64,000 nt of DNA from an uncultured delta proteobacterium. GTDB lineage: Bacteria; Myxococcota_A; Polyangia; Polyangiales; Polyangiaceae. The notes under the pieces were generated by a model that was given only the letters and a program-made list of their open reading frames with translations, was not told the origin of the DNA and searched no databases. A program made the translations under genes and the position numbers. Positions 38,449 to 47,517 of the stretch are shown in pieces. Position 1 is the stretch's first letter. Each line of letters begins with the position of its first letter. The stretch covers positions 1,184,001-1,248,000 of the forward strand of contig CAWJCS010000003.1 in the NCBI GenBank assembly GCA_963841435.1, written 5' to 3'.

Positions 38449-40020
38449 TCATCCGGGGTCGATCGAAGCGGGTGAGTCGATTTCGTACAGATCGGATCTG
38501 CCCGGAAGGTGGTGCTCCAACGCGTGCTCGGCGAGGAAGCGCCCGACGCGGGAGCGAGGCCGCACGGACCCGATGACGTGGGTGACACGGTATCGCTTCA
38601 GAATCGCCATCCGCTCGCTATCTGACGCGCCGGGCGCAAAGAAGCGGGCCGCGTCCCTCGCCCGCTGATCGGCATCTTTGATGAGTGGATTGCGGTGGTG
38701 CAAGGTCACGACCTTCGGCCCGAACGTCGGCAGTGACCACGATTCGAGCGGCGTCCCGAGCACCACGGCGTCGTCGCCCGCGAGCGCCGAGACCCGACGT
38801 CCCACGCGCACGACGAGGCTCTCGCGCGGCACGAGTCTCGGGCTCACGCGCGCAAAGCGCTCGTAAGCCATTTCGACGTTCTGGACGACCAACATTAGGA
38901 GTGAGAGCAACACCGCCGCCGCGAGAGAGCGACGCAGCCAGGGTCGCCCCCGAATGTCGGCCGGCGCCTCGGCGGGCCAGGCGGCGAGCAGCAGCCAGAC
39001 GAGCCCGATCTGGAGAAAAAGCATGGAAAGCAGCACGTAGCGGTGCCCCAGCGGGATCGGCACGAACGCGGTGAGCGCGAAGGCCGCAAGCATGAGCGCG
39101 GTGCCGAGCGGAACGAACAAAAGGCGGCGCCGCAGCACGAAATAGGGCAGCAGCGGCAGCGCGACCGCCGTGTATCCCACGATCCTCCACAGCATGGCTG
39201 GCGAGTAGAACGGGTGAAGCGCGACGCCGCCCGCGGCGAGGTCGTGCTTCACGCGACCCGCGGTGCCCCCAATGACCATGCCGAGCGCCGGATAGTAGGG
39301 CCAGAGGGCAGAGGCCAGAAAGCCCGCCGCAACGCCCGCCACGAGCTCCAGCCTTCGTCGAAGCGCGACGCCGGGCTCCGTGAGAGCGAGGAGCGCAGCG
39401 GCGGGCAATCCCATCGTCGCCGTGAGCGGGTGGGTGACGTACACGTCGGTCCACAAGAGCGCGAAGCCGACGAGCGTGATCGGACGCAGGCGCCCGCGAC
39501 CGAGCAGCGTCACCGTCCAGGCGAGGCCGAGCAGGGTGAGCCCGAGCGCCGTCGTCGACGGGTAGCCCGCGACACTGAAGTAGATGTCGAGCTGATAAAC
39601 GTTGGAAAAGTGCGGCGCATCGAACCAGCTGCAGAACAGCACGACGAGGCCGAACAACGGCGCACGAGGGTCGCGAAAGTAGACGCGAAAGAACAGCCAG
39701 ATCCCAGCGAGAAAGAGCAGTGTATTGAGCACCGCAGCGACCCCCATCGCGCCGAGCGCATCGAGCCCGAAGAGGCGCCCGACGAGCGCCGTGAAGAGCG
39801 CATGCGGACCGAAGCGCGGGGAGCTTACCGCGTCGGCGATCAACGGGTGCCGCGGATGGATGGGGTCCTGCATGAGCGCGTGCAGGACCGCGGTGTGCTC
39901 CCAGTAATCGGAACCGGAGCTGAACGTGATGAGGCGAAAGGAAAAGCTGTCCCAGCCCACCCAGGCGAGCAGGGCGGCCGAGAGCAAGAGGAACGTGATG
40001 TCGGCCCAGTGCCGCTGCAT
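38449..40020 (-). CDS. Polytopic membrane protein (putative GT-C glycosyltransferase)
   Basis: 'SDYWEH' in the first loop, HPLT motif, about 11 TMs, C-terminal 'ILKRYRVTHV' domain. Confidence 0.6.
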   Translation of the reverse strand: MQRHWADITFLLLSAALLAWVGWDSFSFRLITFSSGSDYWEHTAVLHALMQDPIHPRHPLIADAVSSPRFGPHALFTALVGRLFGLDALGAMGVAAVLNTLLFLAGIWLFFRVYFRDPRAPLFGLVVLFCSWFDAPHFSNVYQLDIYFSVAGYPSTTALGLTLLGLAWTVTLLGRGRLRPITLVGFALLWTDVYVTHPLTATMGLPAAALLALTEPGVALRRRLELVAGVAAGFLASALWPYYPALGMVIGGTAGRVKHDLAAGGVALHPFYSPAMLWRIVGYTAVALPLLPYFVLRRRLLFVPLGTALMLAAFALTAFVPIPLGHRYVLLSMLFLQIGLVWLLLAAWPAEAPADIRGRPWLRRSLAAAVLLSLLMLVVQNVEMAYERFARVSPRLVPRESLVVRVGRRVSALAGDDAVVLGTPLESWSLPTFGPKVVTLHHRNPLIKDADQRARDAARFFAPGASDSERMAILKRYRVTHVIGSVRPRSRVGRFLAEHALEHHLPGRSDLYEIDSPASIDPG

Positions 40021-41057
40021 CAGCTACCCTCGCGCGAACGGAACGGCCCCCGACGTCGCAGCGCGTAGAGGCCCGGGAGCCCCGCGACGACCGTGTAGGC
40101 GAGCAGGACGATGCGATCGATGCTGGCGGCAGCGATGCCACGCCCGTAGTCGGCGCCGAGCTGCGTTGACAAGACGGCGAGCGCGAGCTCGCGCAGCCCG
40201 AGATTTCCGGGAGTCACGTTCACGAGCGTGAACAGCACCGTCGTCGAAGCCAGCATTCCCGCCTGCAAAACGCTGATGTTCGTACCGAGCACGCCGAAGC
40301 AAATCCACATGCGCAGCCCCGCCATGCAAACTTTGGAGAACGCGAGGCCAATCGGCACCAAGATGCCGCCACCGGTGCGCAGCGCCGTCATGCCGTCGGC
40401 GAGTGACCGCAACCGGCCGAAGACGAACCCCGAGCGATCCGGGATCCACGCGCGCGGCAGGAACACGAGCGCCATGGCCCCCATGAACGCGAGCGTGTAA
40501 AAAGAGAGCAGCGGTAGCGAGCCCACTCCGAAGCCGTCGGAAGAGACGACGCTCGTAACGCCGATCACCGCGGCGACGGACAGGTTGAGCAGAGCGTTGA
40601 CCGTGACGAGCGCGAGGTATTTCGCGTAAGGCAGCGCGTGGTCGCGCTTGAGGACGGCAGCGCGCATGACGAGGCCCGCGTTGAAGGGCAAGTAGTTGAG
40701 CAAGAATCCCGCGCCCGTCAAAAGGAAGCCCTCGGCGAAGGGCTCGTGCACGTCGAGGCGCCGCAGCATGTAGGTAAATTCGAAGGTCCGCTGCAGGTGC
40801 CCCACGAACATCAGCGCCACGAGCGCCGCGATCGATCTCGCGTCGAGATCGACGGCATGCCCGAGCTCGGCTCGCTCCGCGTAGAGGACGTGCGCCACGT
40901 AGGCCACGCAGGCGAGCTGGAAAAGCAGGACCAGGACCGCGCGCGGCCGAAAGCGCGAGCGCGCCTCGCTCGGCGCGTCGCTCGCCTCGGTGCTCGACGA
41001 AACACCGTTCGGCGCGCCGGGGAGCGGCCGATCGGCGCGCGAATCCTGGGGGCTCAC
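40020..41057 (-). CDS. Lysylphosphatidylglycerol synthase TM-domain (flippase-like) protein
   Basis: LNYLPFNAGLVMRA, TPGNLGLRE, DR motif. Start placed at GTG 41057; the ORF-track extension is the antisense of the GT2 gene. Confidence 0.8.
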   Translation of the reverse strand: MSPQDSRADRPLPGAPNGVSSSTEASDAPSEARSRFRPRAVLVLLFQLACVAYVAHVLYAERAELGHAVDLDARSIAALVALMFVGHLQRTFEFTYMLRRLDVHEPFAEGFLLTGAGFLLNYLPFNAGLVMRAAVLKRDHALPYAKYLALVTVNALLNLSVAAVIGVTSVVSSDGFGVGSLPLLSFYTLAFMGAMALVFLPRAWIPDRSGFVFGRLRSLADGMTALRTGGGILVPIGLAFSKVCMAGLRMWICFGVLGTNISVLQAGMLASTTVLFTLVNVTPGNLGLRELALAVLSTQLGADYGRGIAAASIDRIVLLAYTVVAGLPGLYALRRRGPFRSREGS

Positions 41058-41147
41058 GAGTCCGGCTCTTAGCACGAGGGCCGCGATTTCAGGCTGCTTT
41101 TCGCGGCCACCCGGCAGTAGTATGCGCCGGCGTTCCCGTCGCGCCTG

Positions 41148-42095
41148 ATGAAGCTCTTCATCCAGATCCCGTGCCACAACGAGGAGGCGTCGTTGCCGAT
41201 CGCGCTTGCGGCACTGCCCAAGGCGGTTCCTGGCGTCGATAGCGTCGAGGTGCTGATCATCAACGACGGCAGCACCGACAGGACGGTGGAAGTCGCGCGG
41301 GAGCATGGCGTCGCCCACGTCGTCGGGTTCCCCCGAAACCAGGGGCTCGCCAAGGCGTTCATGCTCGGCATTCGTTCCTGCCTCGAGCGTGGCGCCGACA
41401 TCATCGTCAACACCGACGCCGACAATCAGTACGATGCGCGCGACATCCCCGCGCTCATCCAACCGATCCTGCAGGGTCGGGCCGAGATCGTGGTGGGCGC
41501 GCGCCCGATCGCCACCATCGAGCATTTCTCGCCCGTGAAGAAGCTCTTGCAACGCGTCGGCAGCGGCGTCGTCGCCAGGGTGAGCGGCACGCGAGTCGCG
41601 GACGCACCGAGTGGCTTTCGCGCCTTCTCGCGCGACGCCGCCGCCAAGCTCAACGTCTTCAGCGAATACACCTACACGCTGGAGACGATCATCCAGGCCG
41701 GCCAGAAGAACATGAGCATCGTGTCGGTCCCCGTGCGCGTGAACGCCGATCTCCGGCCGTCGCGGCTCGTGCGAAGCCTCGCGTCTTACGTGCGGCGCTC
41801 GATGGTCACGATGATCCGCATCTTGATCATCTATCGACCCTTCCAGTTCTTCATGAGCCTGGGCGCGGTGTTGTTCGTCTCGGGACTCGCGCTGGGCGGC
41901 CGGTTCGTGTATTATTATTTGAGCGGGCAACGCACCGGGCACGTTCAGTCGCTGATCCTCGCGGGCGTGCTGATGACGTTCGGGTTCCAGACCGGCCTTC
42001 TAGCGTTCATCGCGGATCTACTCAGCGTGAACCGGCGGCTGCTCGAGGAGCTGCTCGAGGCGAAGCGCATCGGGCCCAAGGACCACGATGGCTGA
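41148..42095 (+). CDS. GT2 glycosyltransferase (DPM/polyprenyl-phosphate type)
   Basis: IPCHNEE, DGSTDRT, NQGLA, TDADNQY, DAPSGFRA; two C-terminal TMs. Confidence 0.92.
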   Translation: MKLFIQIPCHNEEASLPIALAALPKAVPGVDSVEVLIINDGSTDRTVEVAREHGVAHVVGFPRNQGLAKAFMLGIRSCLERGADIIVNTDADNQYDARDIPALIQPILQGRAEIVVGARPIATIEHFSPVKKLLQRVGSGVVARVSGTRVADAPSGFRAFSRDAAAKLNVFSEYTYTLETIIQAGQKNMSIVSVPVRVNADLRPSRLVRSLASYVRRSMVTMIRILIIYRPFQFFMSLGAVLFVSGLALGGRFVYYYLSGQRTGHVQSLILAGVLMTFGFQTGLLAFIADLLSVNRRLLEELLEAKRIGPKDHDG

Positions 42096-42999
42096 TTTTC
42101 GGCTCTCGGCCGCGCTGGGCCTCGTCCTCGCGCTCGCCGCGCCAGAACGGCCGGCGCGCGCTTTCACCCACGTCGTTTCGCAAGGCGAGACGCTCGCGTC
42201 GATCGCCGAGCGCTTCTACGGCAGAATCCAGGACGAGCGCTTGCTCGTCGCGGCAAACTTCCTCGACGCGCGCGGCGGAACGCCCATCGTGCGGGGCATG
42301 CGGCTCGAGGTCCCCGCGCTCGAGCATCGGCGCATCGTCCAGGGAGACAGCTGGGAGGCGCTCGCCACGGAACTGCTCGGCGCGCCGTCCCGTGCCGACG
42401 TGCTGTCGATGGCCAACGGCTCCAACCCCTGGCTCACCCCCGAGGTGGGCGCCGAGATCATCGTCCCGTACAACCTGCGCGTCGCGGTCGCGGAGGGCGA
42501 GCAGCTCGTGACGATCGCCTATCGCCATCTCGGGAACATGAACAAGGCCTGGGTGCTCGATCGCTACAACGGGCTCGACGGGCGAGCCGTCGAACGCGGC
42601 GACGTGCTGCTCGTGCCGCTCACGGAGCTCACGCTCACCGACGCGGGCAAGGAAGCCGCCGCGGCGGCTGCGGGCGCCGCCTGCTCGGAAGCCGGTGGTC
42701 GCGCGCGTACCTTGCAGCAGCGCGTGGGCAGCGAGCTGCCAGCGCTCGTGGCGGACGTGAGAGCTGGGCGCTATGCCGAAGCCGTGACCCGCGGCACCCG
42801 CTTCCTCGCCTCGGCCTCGCTCACGGAGCCTCAAATCGCCCTCGTACAGGAACAGCTCACCAAGGCCTACGTCGCCCTCGACGCCGTGGGCCTCGCGGCG
42901 GCCGCCTGCAAGGAATGGCGCAAGCGCGACCGCGGCGCGACGCTCGACCCGGCTCTCACGAGCCCGAAGGTCGTGCGCGCCTGCGAGCGTGCGGAGTAA
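42088..42999 (+). CDS. Exported multi-LysM domain protein
   Basis: Signal peptide; HVVSQGETLASIAERFYG plus two more degenerate LysM repeats. Confidence 0.8.
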   Translation: MADFRLSAALGLVLALAAPERPARAFTHVVSQGETLASIAERFYGRIQDERLLVAANFLDARGGTPIVRGMRLEVPALEHRRIVQGDSWEALATELLGAPSRADVLSMANGSNPWLTPEVGAEIIVPYNLRVAVAEGEQLVTIAYRHLGNMNKAWVLDRYNGLDGRAVERGDVLLVPLTELTLTDAGKEAAAAAAGAACSEAGGRARTLQQRVGSELPALVADVRAGRYAEAVTRGTRFLASASLTEPQIALVQEQLTKAYVALDAVGLAAAACKEWRKRDRGATLDPALTSPKVVRACERAE

Positions 43000-43000
43000 C

Positions 43001-43897
43001 GTGGCACTTGCCACGGCGCTCGACTGGGGAGCCCTTGCGCCGCTACGACTGCGCGCGCGCGGGACGGCGCTCGGCGCGCTCGCCGGAAGCCACCGGAGCG
43101 CGCGGCGCGGAGCGGGCGTCGAATTCGCCGGCCACCGCGCCTACACGCCGGGCGACGACCTGAGGTTTCTCGATCGTCACGCGCTCGTGCGGCACGGCGC
43201 GCTCGTCTTGCGCGAGTTCGAGACGGAAACGGAGCGCACGCTTTCGCTGCTCGTCAACGCCACGGCATCGATGAGCTTTCGCGGCGCGCGCGCTCCCGGT
43301 GCGAAGCTCGCATTCGCAGCGCTCGTGGCCGCGGCGCTCGGCTACGTCGCGCTGCGCAACGGCGACCGCGTGAGGCTCGACTGGCTCGGCGGCGAGGGCC
43401 TGCCACCGCTCGACCCGCGCGGCGGCAGCCACGGCTTCGAGCACCTACTCGACACGCTCGAGGGTGCCGCGGCCAGCGGCGAGCTCGACCTCGCGGTGCT
43501 CGACCGCGCGCTGTCGACGGCAGGCCGCACGCGCACCGGGACGATCACGGTGCTCTTGAGCGATCTGCTCGACTTGCCGGCGGAGGCGCCGGACAGGGTC
43601 GCGGCGCTCGGCGGACCCGGCCGCGCCCTGCTCGTCGTCCAGGTCCTCGACGACGAGGAGATCGAGCTGCCGTTCGACGGTCCCGTGCGGCTGCGCTCGC
43701 TCGAGGGCGACGTCGTCGTGGACACGGACGCGCCACGCGTACGCGCCGCGTACAAGGCGGAGCTCGAGAAGCTCCGGGCGCGCTGGGCGCGAGCGCTCGC
43801 GAACCGCGCCGGCGAGCTCGTCACGGCTTCGACCTCCGACGACCCGGTCGAGGTCGTGCGGCGCGCGCTGTTCGCCCTCGGAGGGCGCGTCCGGTGA
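43001..43897 (+). CDS. DUF58 family protein
   Basis: GVEFAGHRAYTPGDDLRFLD, REFE, SM..K, LSD; start GTG 43001. Confidence 0.9.
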   Translation: MALATALDWGALAPLRLRARGTALGALAGSHRSARRGAGVEFAGHRAYTPGDDLRFLDRHALVRHGALVLREFETETERTLSLLVNATASMSFRGARAPGAKLAFAALVAAALGYVALRNGDRVRLDWLGGEGLPPLDPRGGSHGFEHLLDTLEGAAASGELDLAVLDRALSTAGRTRTGTITVLLSDLLDLPAEAPDRVAALGGPGRALLVVQVLDDEEIELPFDGPVRLRSLEGDVVVDTDAPRVRAAYKAELEKLRARWARALANRAGELVTASTSDDPVEVVRRALFALGGRVR

Positions 43898-45897
43898 GCG
43901 TGCTGTACGGCGCCGCGCTCGCGGTGGGCCTTTTCGTCGCACTGCCAGCCATCGCGCACCTGCTCAGGCGCGGCCGCGCGAACGAACGGCCGTTTCCACC
44001 CGCGCGGCTCGTGCCGACCTCGCGCACCGTGGCCCGCCGCGAGCGGCGCGTGGAGGATCAAGCGCTCTTCTCGCTGCGTGCCTTCTCGGTGCTCCTGCTC
44101 GCGTGCCTGGGGGCAGCGCCGCTCGTAAAGTGCTCGAGGCTGTCGCTGGCGCGTGACGCCGGTGGCTCGGTGGCGGTGGCGTTCGTGCTCGACGACTCGC
44201 TCAGCATGCGGGCGGCGCCGGCAGGGGCAGAGCCCCGCTTCGAGCAGGCGCTGACGGCGGCCCGCGAAATCCTCGCGTCGATGCGCGAGGGCGACGCCGT
44301 CGCTCTCGTGCTCGCGGGCAAGCCCGCACGCCTGGCGCTCGGGTCTACGACGGATCTCGGACTCGCGCGTCGCGTGCTCGACGAGATTTCCCCGAGCGAC
44401 CGTGCCACCGACCTCACCGGGGCCGTGGCGCTCGCGCGCGGCGTGCTCGTCGACCCCGCGCGGCAGGATCGACGGCTCATCGTGCTGAGCGACTTCGCCG
44501 GGGATCCCCTCCCGCCGGGCGAGCCGCTTGCGTCGGCGCCGCTTCCGGCGCTCGGCGAGCCCGCGCCCGACTGTGGCGTCGTGAGCGCCCAACGCCGGGG
44601 TGGCAGCGTGCGCGTCAGCGTCGCGTGCAACGAAGCGGCGAGCGGTCAGGGTCGCACCGTCGAGCTCGTCGCCGAGCAGGGCTCCACCACCGACCCCGGA
44701 CCCGCCGCTCCCGCGAAGCTCGCGGGCCTCCCGGCGCTTTCCAGCGTGCCCCTCGAAGCGCGGGTCGGCCTCCAGGCGCTCTCGCTCCGCGTCGCAGACG
44801 AAGACGCGTCCCGGCGCCTCGCGGTTCGTCTCACGGGCACGGATCGGCTCCTCTACGACGACATCGCCCCGGTCATGCCCGACTCCGCGTCGCTCGGCGT
44901 CGCGGTCCTGAGCGCGACCCCCGACCAGGGGGAGCCGATGGGCGGAGCACCCGTCGTCGAGCAGGCACTCGCGGCCCTCGACAAAGGGGTGAACGTCCGC
45001 CCGCTGTCCGTGCTGCCCGATCAGGCCTCCGAGCTCGACGCGTATGCCCTCATTTTGCTGGACGATCCCCCGGGAACGAGCCCCGAAGCACGCGAGGCAC
45101 TGACGCGCTTCGTCGAAGGCGGCGGCGTGGCGGTCGCCTTGCTCGGACCGCACGTGGAGTCGACGAAGCTCGGCTCGACGCTCGAGCCCTTCGCGCGCGG
45201 CTCGGTGCGCTGGGAGCGCGACCCTTCGCCCCGGGGCGCCGACGTTGCGTCGATCGCGTGGCTCGGTACGGAAGGCAAGAGCCTTTCGGACCTCGCGCTG
45301 CACGGCCGCGCGGTGCTCGATCCGGGAGCCGAGGCCACGGTGCTCGCGACGCTGAACGACGGCGCGCCCTTCGTGATCGAGCGCCGGCTCGGCGCGGGAC
45401 GCGTGTTCACCGTCACCGTGCCAAGCTCGCTCGACGAGAGCGATTTCGCGCTGAGGCCGGGCTTCGTGGCTCTCGTCGCGCACGTTCTCGACGTTGCGGA
45501 GCAGTGCCGCGGCGTTCGCCAAAGCGTCGCGGGTGCGAGCTGGCGCTTCGAGGACGACCGCACGCGCATCGACGGACCCGAAGGCGCCGTGGAGCTCCAC
45601 GAGACGCCCGAGCAGGGGCGCGTGGCGACGCCCGCGGTGCGGGGCACCTACCGGGTCACGACCCCCCGCGGCGCGGAGCTTCGCACCGTCACGCTGGACC
45701 CCACCGAGATCCTGACCCCGCCGCGACCGCCCGGGGCCGCCGTGGACCAGCGCGCTGGCCACGAAAGAGAGAGCTATCACGACCTCTCGACCGAGACCGC
45801 GGCCGCGCTGCTCGCCGTGCTCGCGCTCGAGCTCGCGCTGCGCTCACTCGGGCGCTCGAAACGCGGGCGACCGGCGGCGGAGCGCGCGGCCGCCTGA
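43894..45897 (+). CDS. BatA N-terminal + vWA domain membrane protein
   Basis: PAIAHLL..RPFP (BatA-like), DDSLSM (MIDAS), ATDL, LSDF; C-terminal TM. Confidence 0.85.
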   Translation: MSVLYGAALAVGLFVALPAIAHLLRRGRANERPFPPARLVPTSRTVARRERRVEDQALFSLRAFSVLLLACLGAAPLVKCSRLSLARDAGGSVAVAFVLDDSLSMRAAPAGAEPRFEQALTAAREILASMREGDAVALVLAGKPARLALGSTTDLGLARRVLDEISPSDRATDLTGAVALARGVLVDPARQDRRLIVLSDFAGDPLPPGEPLASAPLPALGEPAPDCGVVSAQRRGGSVRVSVACNEAASGQGRTVELVAEQGSTTDPGPAAPAKLAGLPALSSVPLEARVGLQALSLRVADEDASRRLAVRLTGTDRLLYDDIAPVMPDSASLGVAVLSATPDQGEPMGGAPVVEQALAALDKGVNVRPLSVLPDQASELDAYALILLDDPPGTSPEAREALTRFVEGGGVAVALLGPHVESTKLGSTLEPFARGSVRWERDPSPRGADVASIAWLGTEGKSLSDLALHGRAVLDPGAEATVLATLNDGAPFVIERRLGAGRVFTVTVPSSLDESDFALRPGFVALVAHVLDVAEQCRGVRQSVAGASWRFEDDRTRIDGPEGAVELHETPEQGRVATPAVRGTYRVTTPRGAELRTVTLDPTEILTPPRPPGAAVDQRAGHERESYHDLSTETAAALLAVLALELALRSLGRSKRGRPAAERAAA

Positions 45898-45974
45898 CGC
45901 GGCGCGGCGCCCGGCCCGCGCCGCTCGGGCCCGCGTCTCGACGCGCGCGGCGGAGTCGGCTAAAGGCAGCGGCG

Positions 45975-46538
45975 ATGGTGAAAAGGAGCTCGCCGCTCGC
46001 CGCGCTTTCGGTGCTCGTGCTTTCCGGTCTTTTGGCCGTGGCGTGCCATTCCGCCGGCAAGTGGGGCTTCGCACGAAGCTACGCGGCGCGCTCGGAGGAG
46101 GAGGACGCCGCCGAGGGGGCCCGCAGGTACGACCCGGTGATGATCGAGCGCGAGCCCGAGAGCTGGCGCGGCGCCAAGCTCAGCATCTTCGGCGTCGTGA
46201 GGAGTCGCTCGCAGGCGCCCGGTGGCGCTGCCTATCTGACGCTGAGCGTACGCACGCTCGCCGAGCGAAACCTGTGCGACGAAATGGCCGAGGACACCTG
46301 CCGCGTCACCGTGAGCGACCACGAGTTTGCGCTCATCCACGCAATCGTCAAACTCGAGCCCGAGGACGACATCGGCAAGCTCAGCATCGGCCAGGGGTCG
46401 CTCGTCCGCGTGATCGGCACGCTGACCGACAGCGTCGACAAGAACGACGGCATGCAGGTGCTCCGAGCCAGCTACTATCGGCACTGGCCGCGCAACTACT
46501 TCGTGACCGACGCCGATCGCACGCACATGAGGATGTGA
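45975..46538 (+). CDS. Hypothetical lipoprotein (possible OB-fold/Slp-like)
   Basis: Lipobox LAVAC; coherent coding region between the vWA and SurA genes. Confidence 0.7.
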   Translation: MVKRSSPLAALSVLVLSGLLAVACHSAGKWGFARSYAARSEEEDAAEGARRYDPVMIEREPESWRGAKLSIFGVVRSRSQAPGGAAYLTLSVRTLAERNLCDEMAEDTCRVTVSDHEFALIHAIVKLEPEDDIGKLSIGQGSLVRVIGTLTDSVDKNDGMQVLRASYYRHWPRNYFVTDADRTHMRM

Positions 46539-46543
46539 CAGGC

Positions 46544-47512
46544 ATGAAATCTCGCTCGCTGCGAACGATCCTGGGCCTTTCGCTCGTGCTCGCCCTCGCC
46601 GGCACGACGGGCACGGCCCGGGCCACGCTCGTCGAGCGCATCGTCGCCGTCGTGGGGGAGCACGCCATCCTGCTGAGCGACCTCAGGGCACGCGCCCATC
46701 CCTTCCTCTTGCAGATCTATCAGGGCGTTCCGGCGGGGGCGCAGCGCAGCGCCGCCATTTCCCAGCTCTACAAGGGCCTCATAGAGAAGCTCGTCGACGA
46801 GGAGCTCGAGCAGCGAGCAGCCGCCCAGGCCAAGGTGTCGGTCACGGCGCGCGAGGTCGAGGAAGCGCTGGAGCGCGTCGCGCAGCAAAACGGCATCACG
46901 CCGGCGAAGCTGCTCGCGGAAGCGCGCCGCACGGGGCTCGACGACGCCGACTACCGCGACGAGCTTCGCCGCCAGCTCTTGCAGACCAAGCTCATCAACG
47001 TGCGGCTCCAGGGGCGCATTCGCGTCAGCGAGGACGATCTTCGCGCCTACTATCGGAAGCTGGCCCTCGAAGAGCGCGAGAAGCTCGGGTTTCGCGCCGC
47101 GTGGATCGTGCTCGACGCGAGCGGCGGCGCCACCTCGCGCAAGGCCGCGGAAGTCATCGCGAGGAGCGCGCGCGCGGGCGGCGACTTCGCGAACCTCGCA
47201 CGGCGCTATTCGAATGATCCCGCGACGCGGAGCAAAGGGGGCGTCATGACCCAGACGCGCCCCGAGGAGCTACCGCCTACTCTCGGACGCGTCATGCTGG
47301 GCCTCAACGTCGGTGAGACCTCGGGCGTCATTGCCCTTCCGGGCGCGTTCGCCATCGTGAAAATCCTCTCTCGCGATGAATCCTCGCTACCGACCTACGA
47401 GGAAGCAGCGAACGAGCTTTCGCAGCGGGTGTACCTCGAGAAGATGACGCAGGCACGCCGCACGTGGCTCGACAACCTGCGTCGTCAGCAGCACGTCGAA
47501 GTCAGGCTCTGA
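46544..47512 (+). CDS. SurA-like chaperone / parvulin PPIase
   Basis: VERIVAVVG..ILLSDL; FANLARRYSND..GG; signal peptide. Confidence 0.85.
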   Translation: MKSRSLRTILGLSLVLALAGTTGTARATLVERIVAVVGEHAILLSDLRARAHPFLLQIYQGVPAGAQRSAAISQLYKGLIEKLVDEELEQRAAAQAKVSVTAREVEEALERVAQQNGITPAKLLAEARRTGLDDADYRDELRRQLLQTKLINVRLQGRIRVSEDDLRAYYRKLALEEREKLGFRAAWIVLDASGGATSRKAAEVIARSARAGGDFANLARRYSNDPATRSKGGVMTQTRPEELPPTLGRVMLGLNVGETSGVIALPGAFAIVKILSRDESSLPTYEEAANELSQRVYLEKMTQARRTWLDNLRRQQHVEVRL

Positions 47513-47517
47513 CGCTC

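Noticed and set aside
40020-41942. 640-aa ORF as a fusion protein
   Set aside because: The N-terminal half is the antisense of the GT2 gene; the flippase-like part starts at about 41057.
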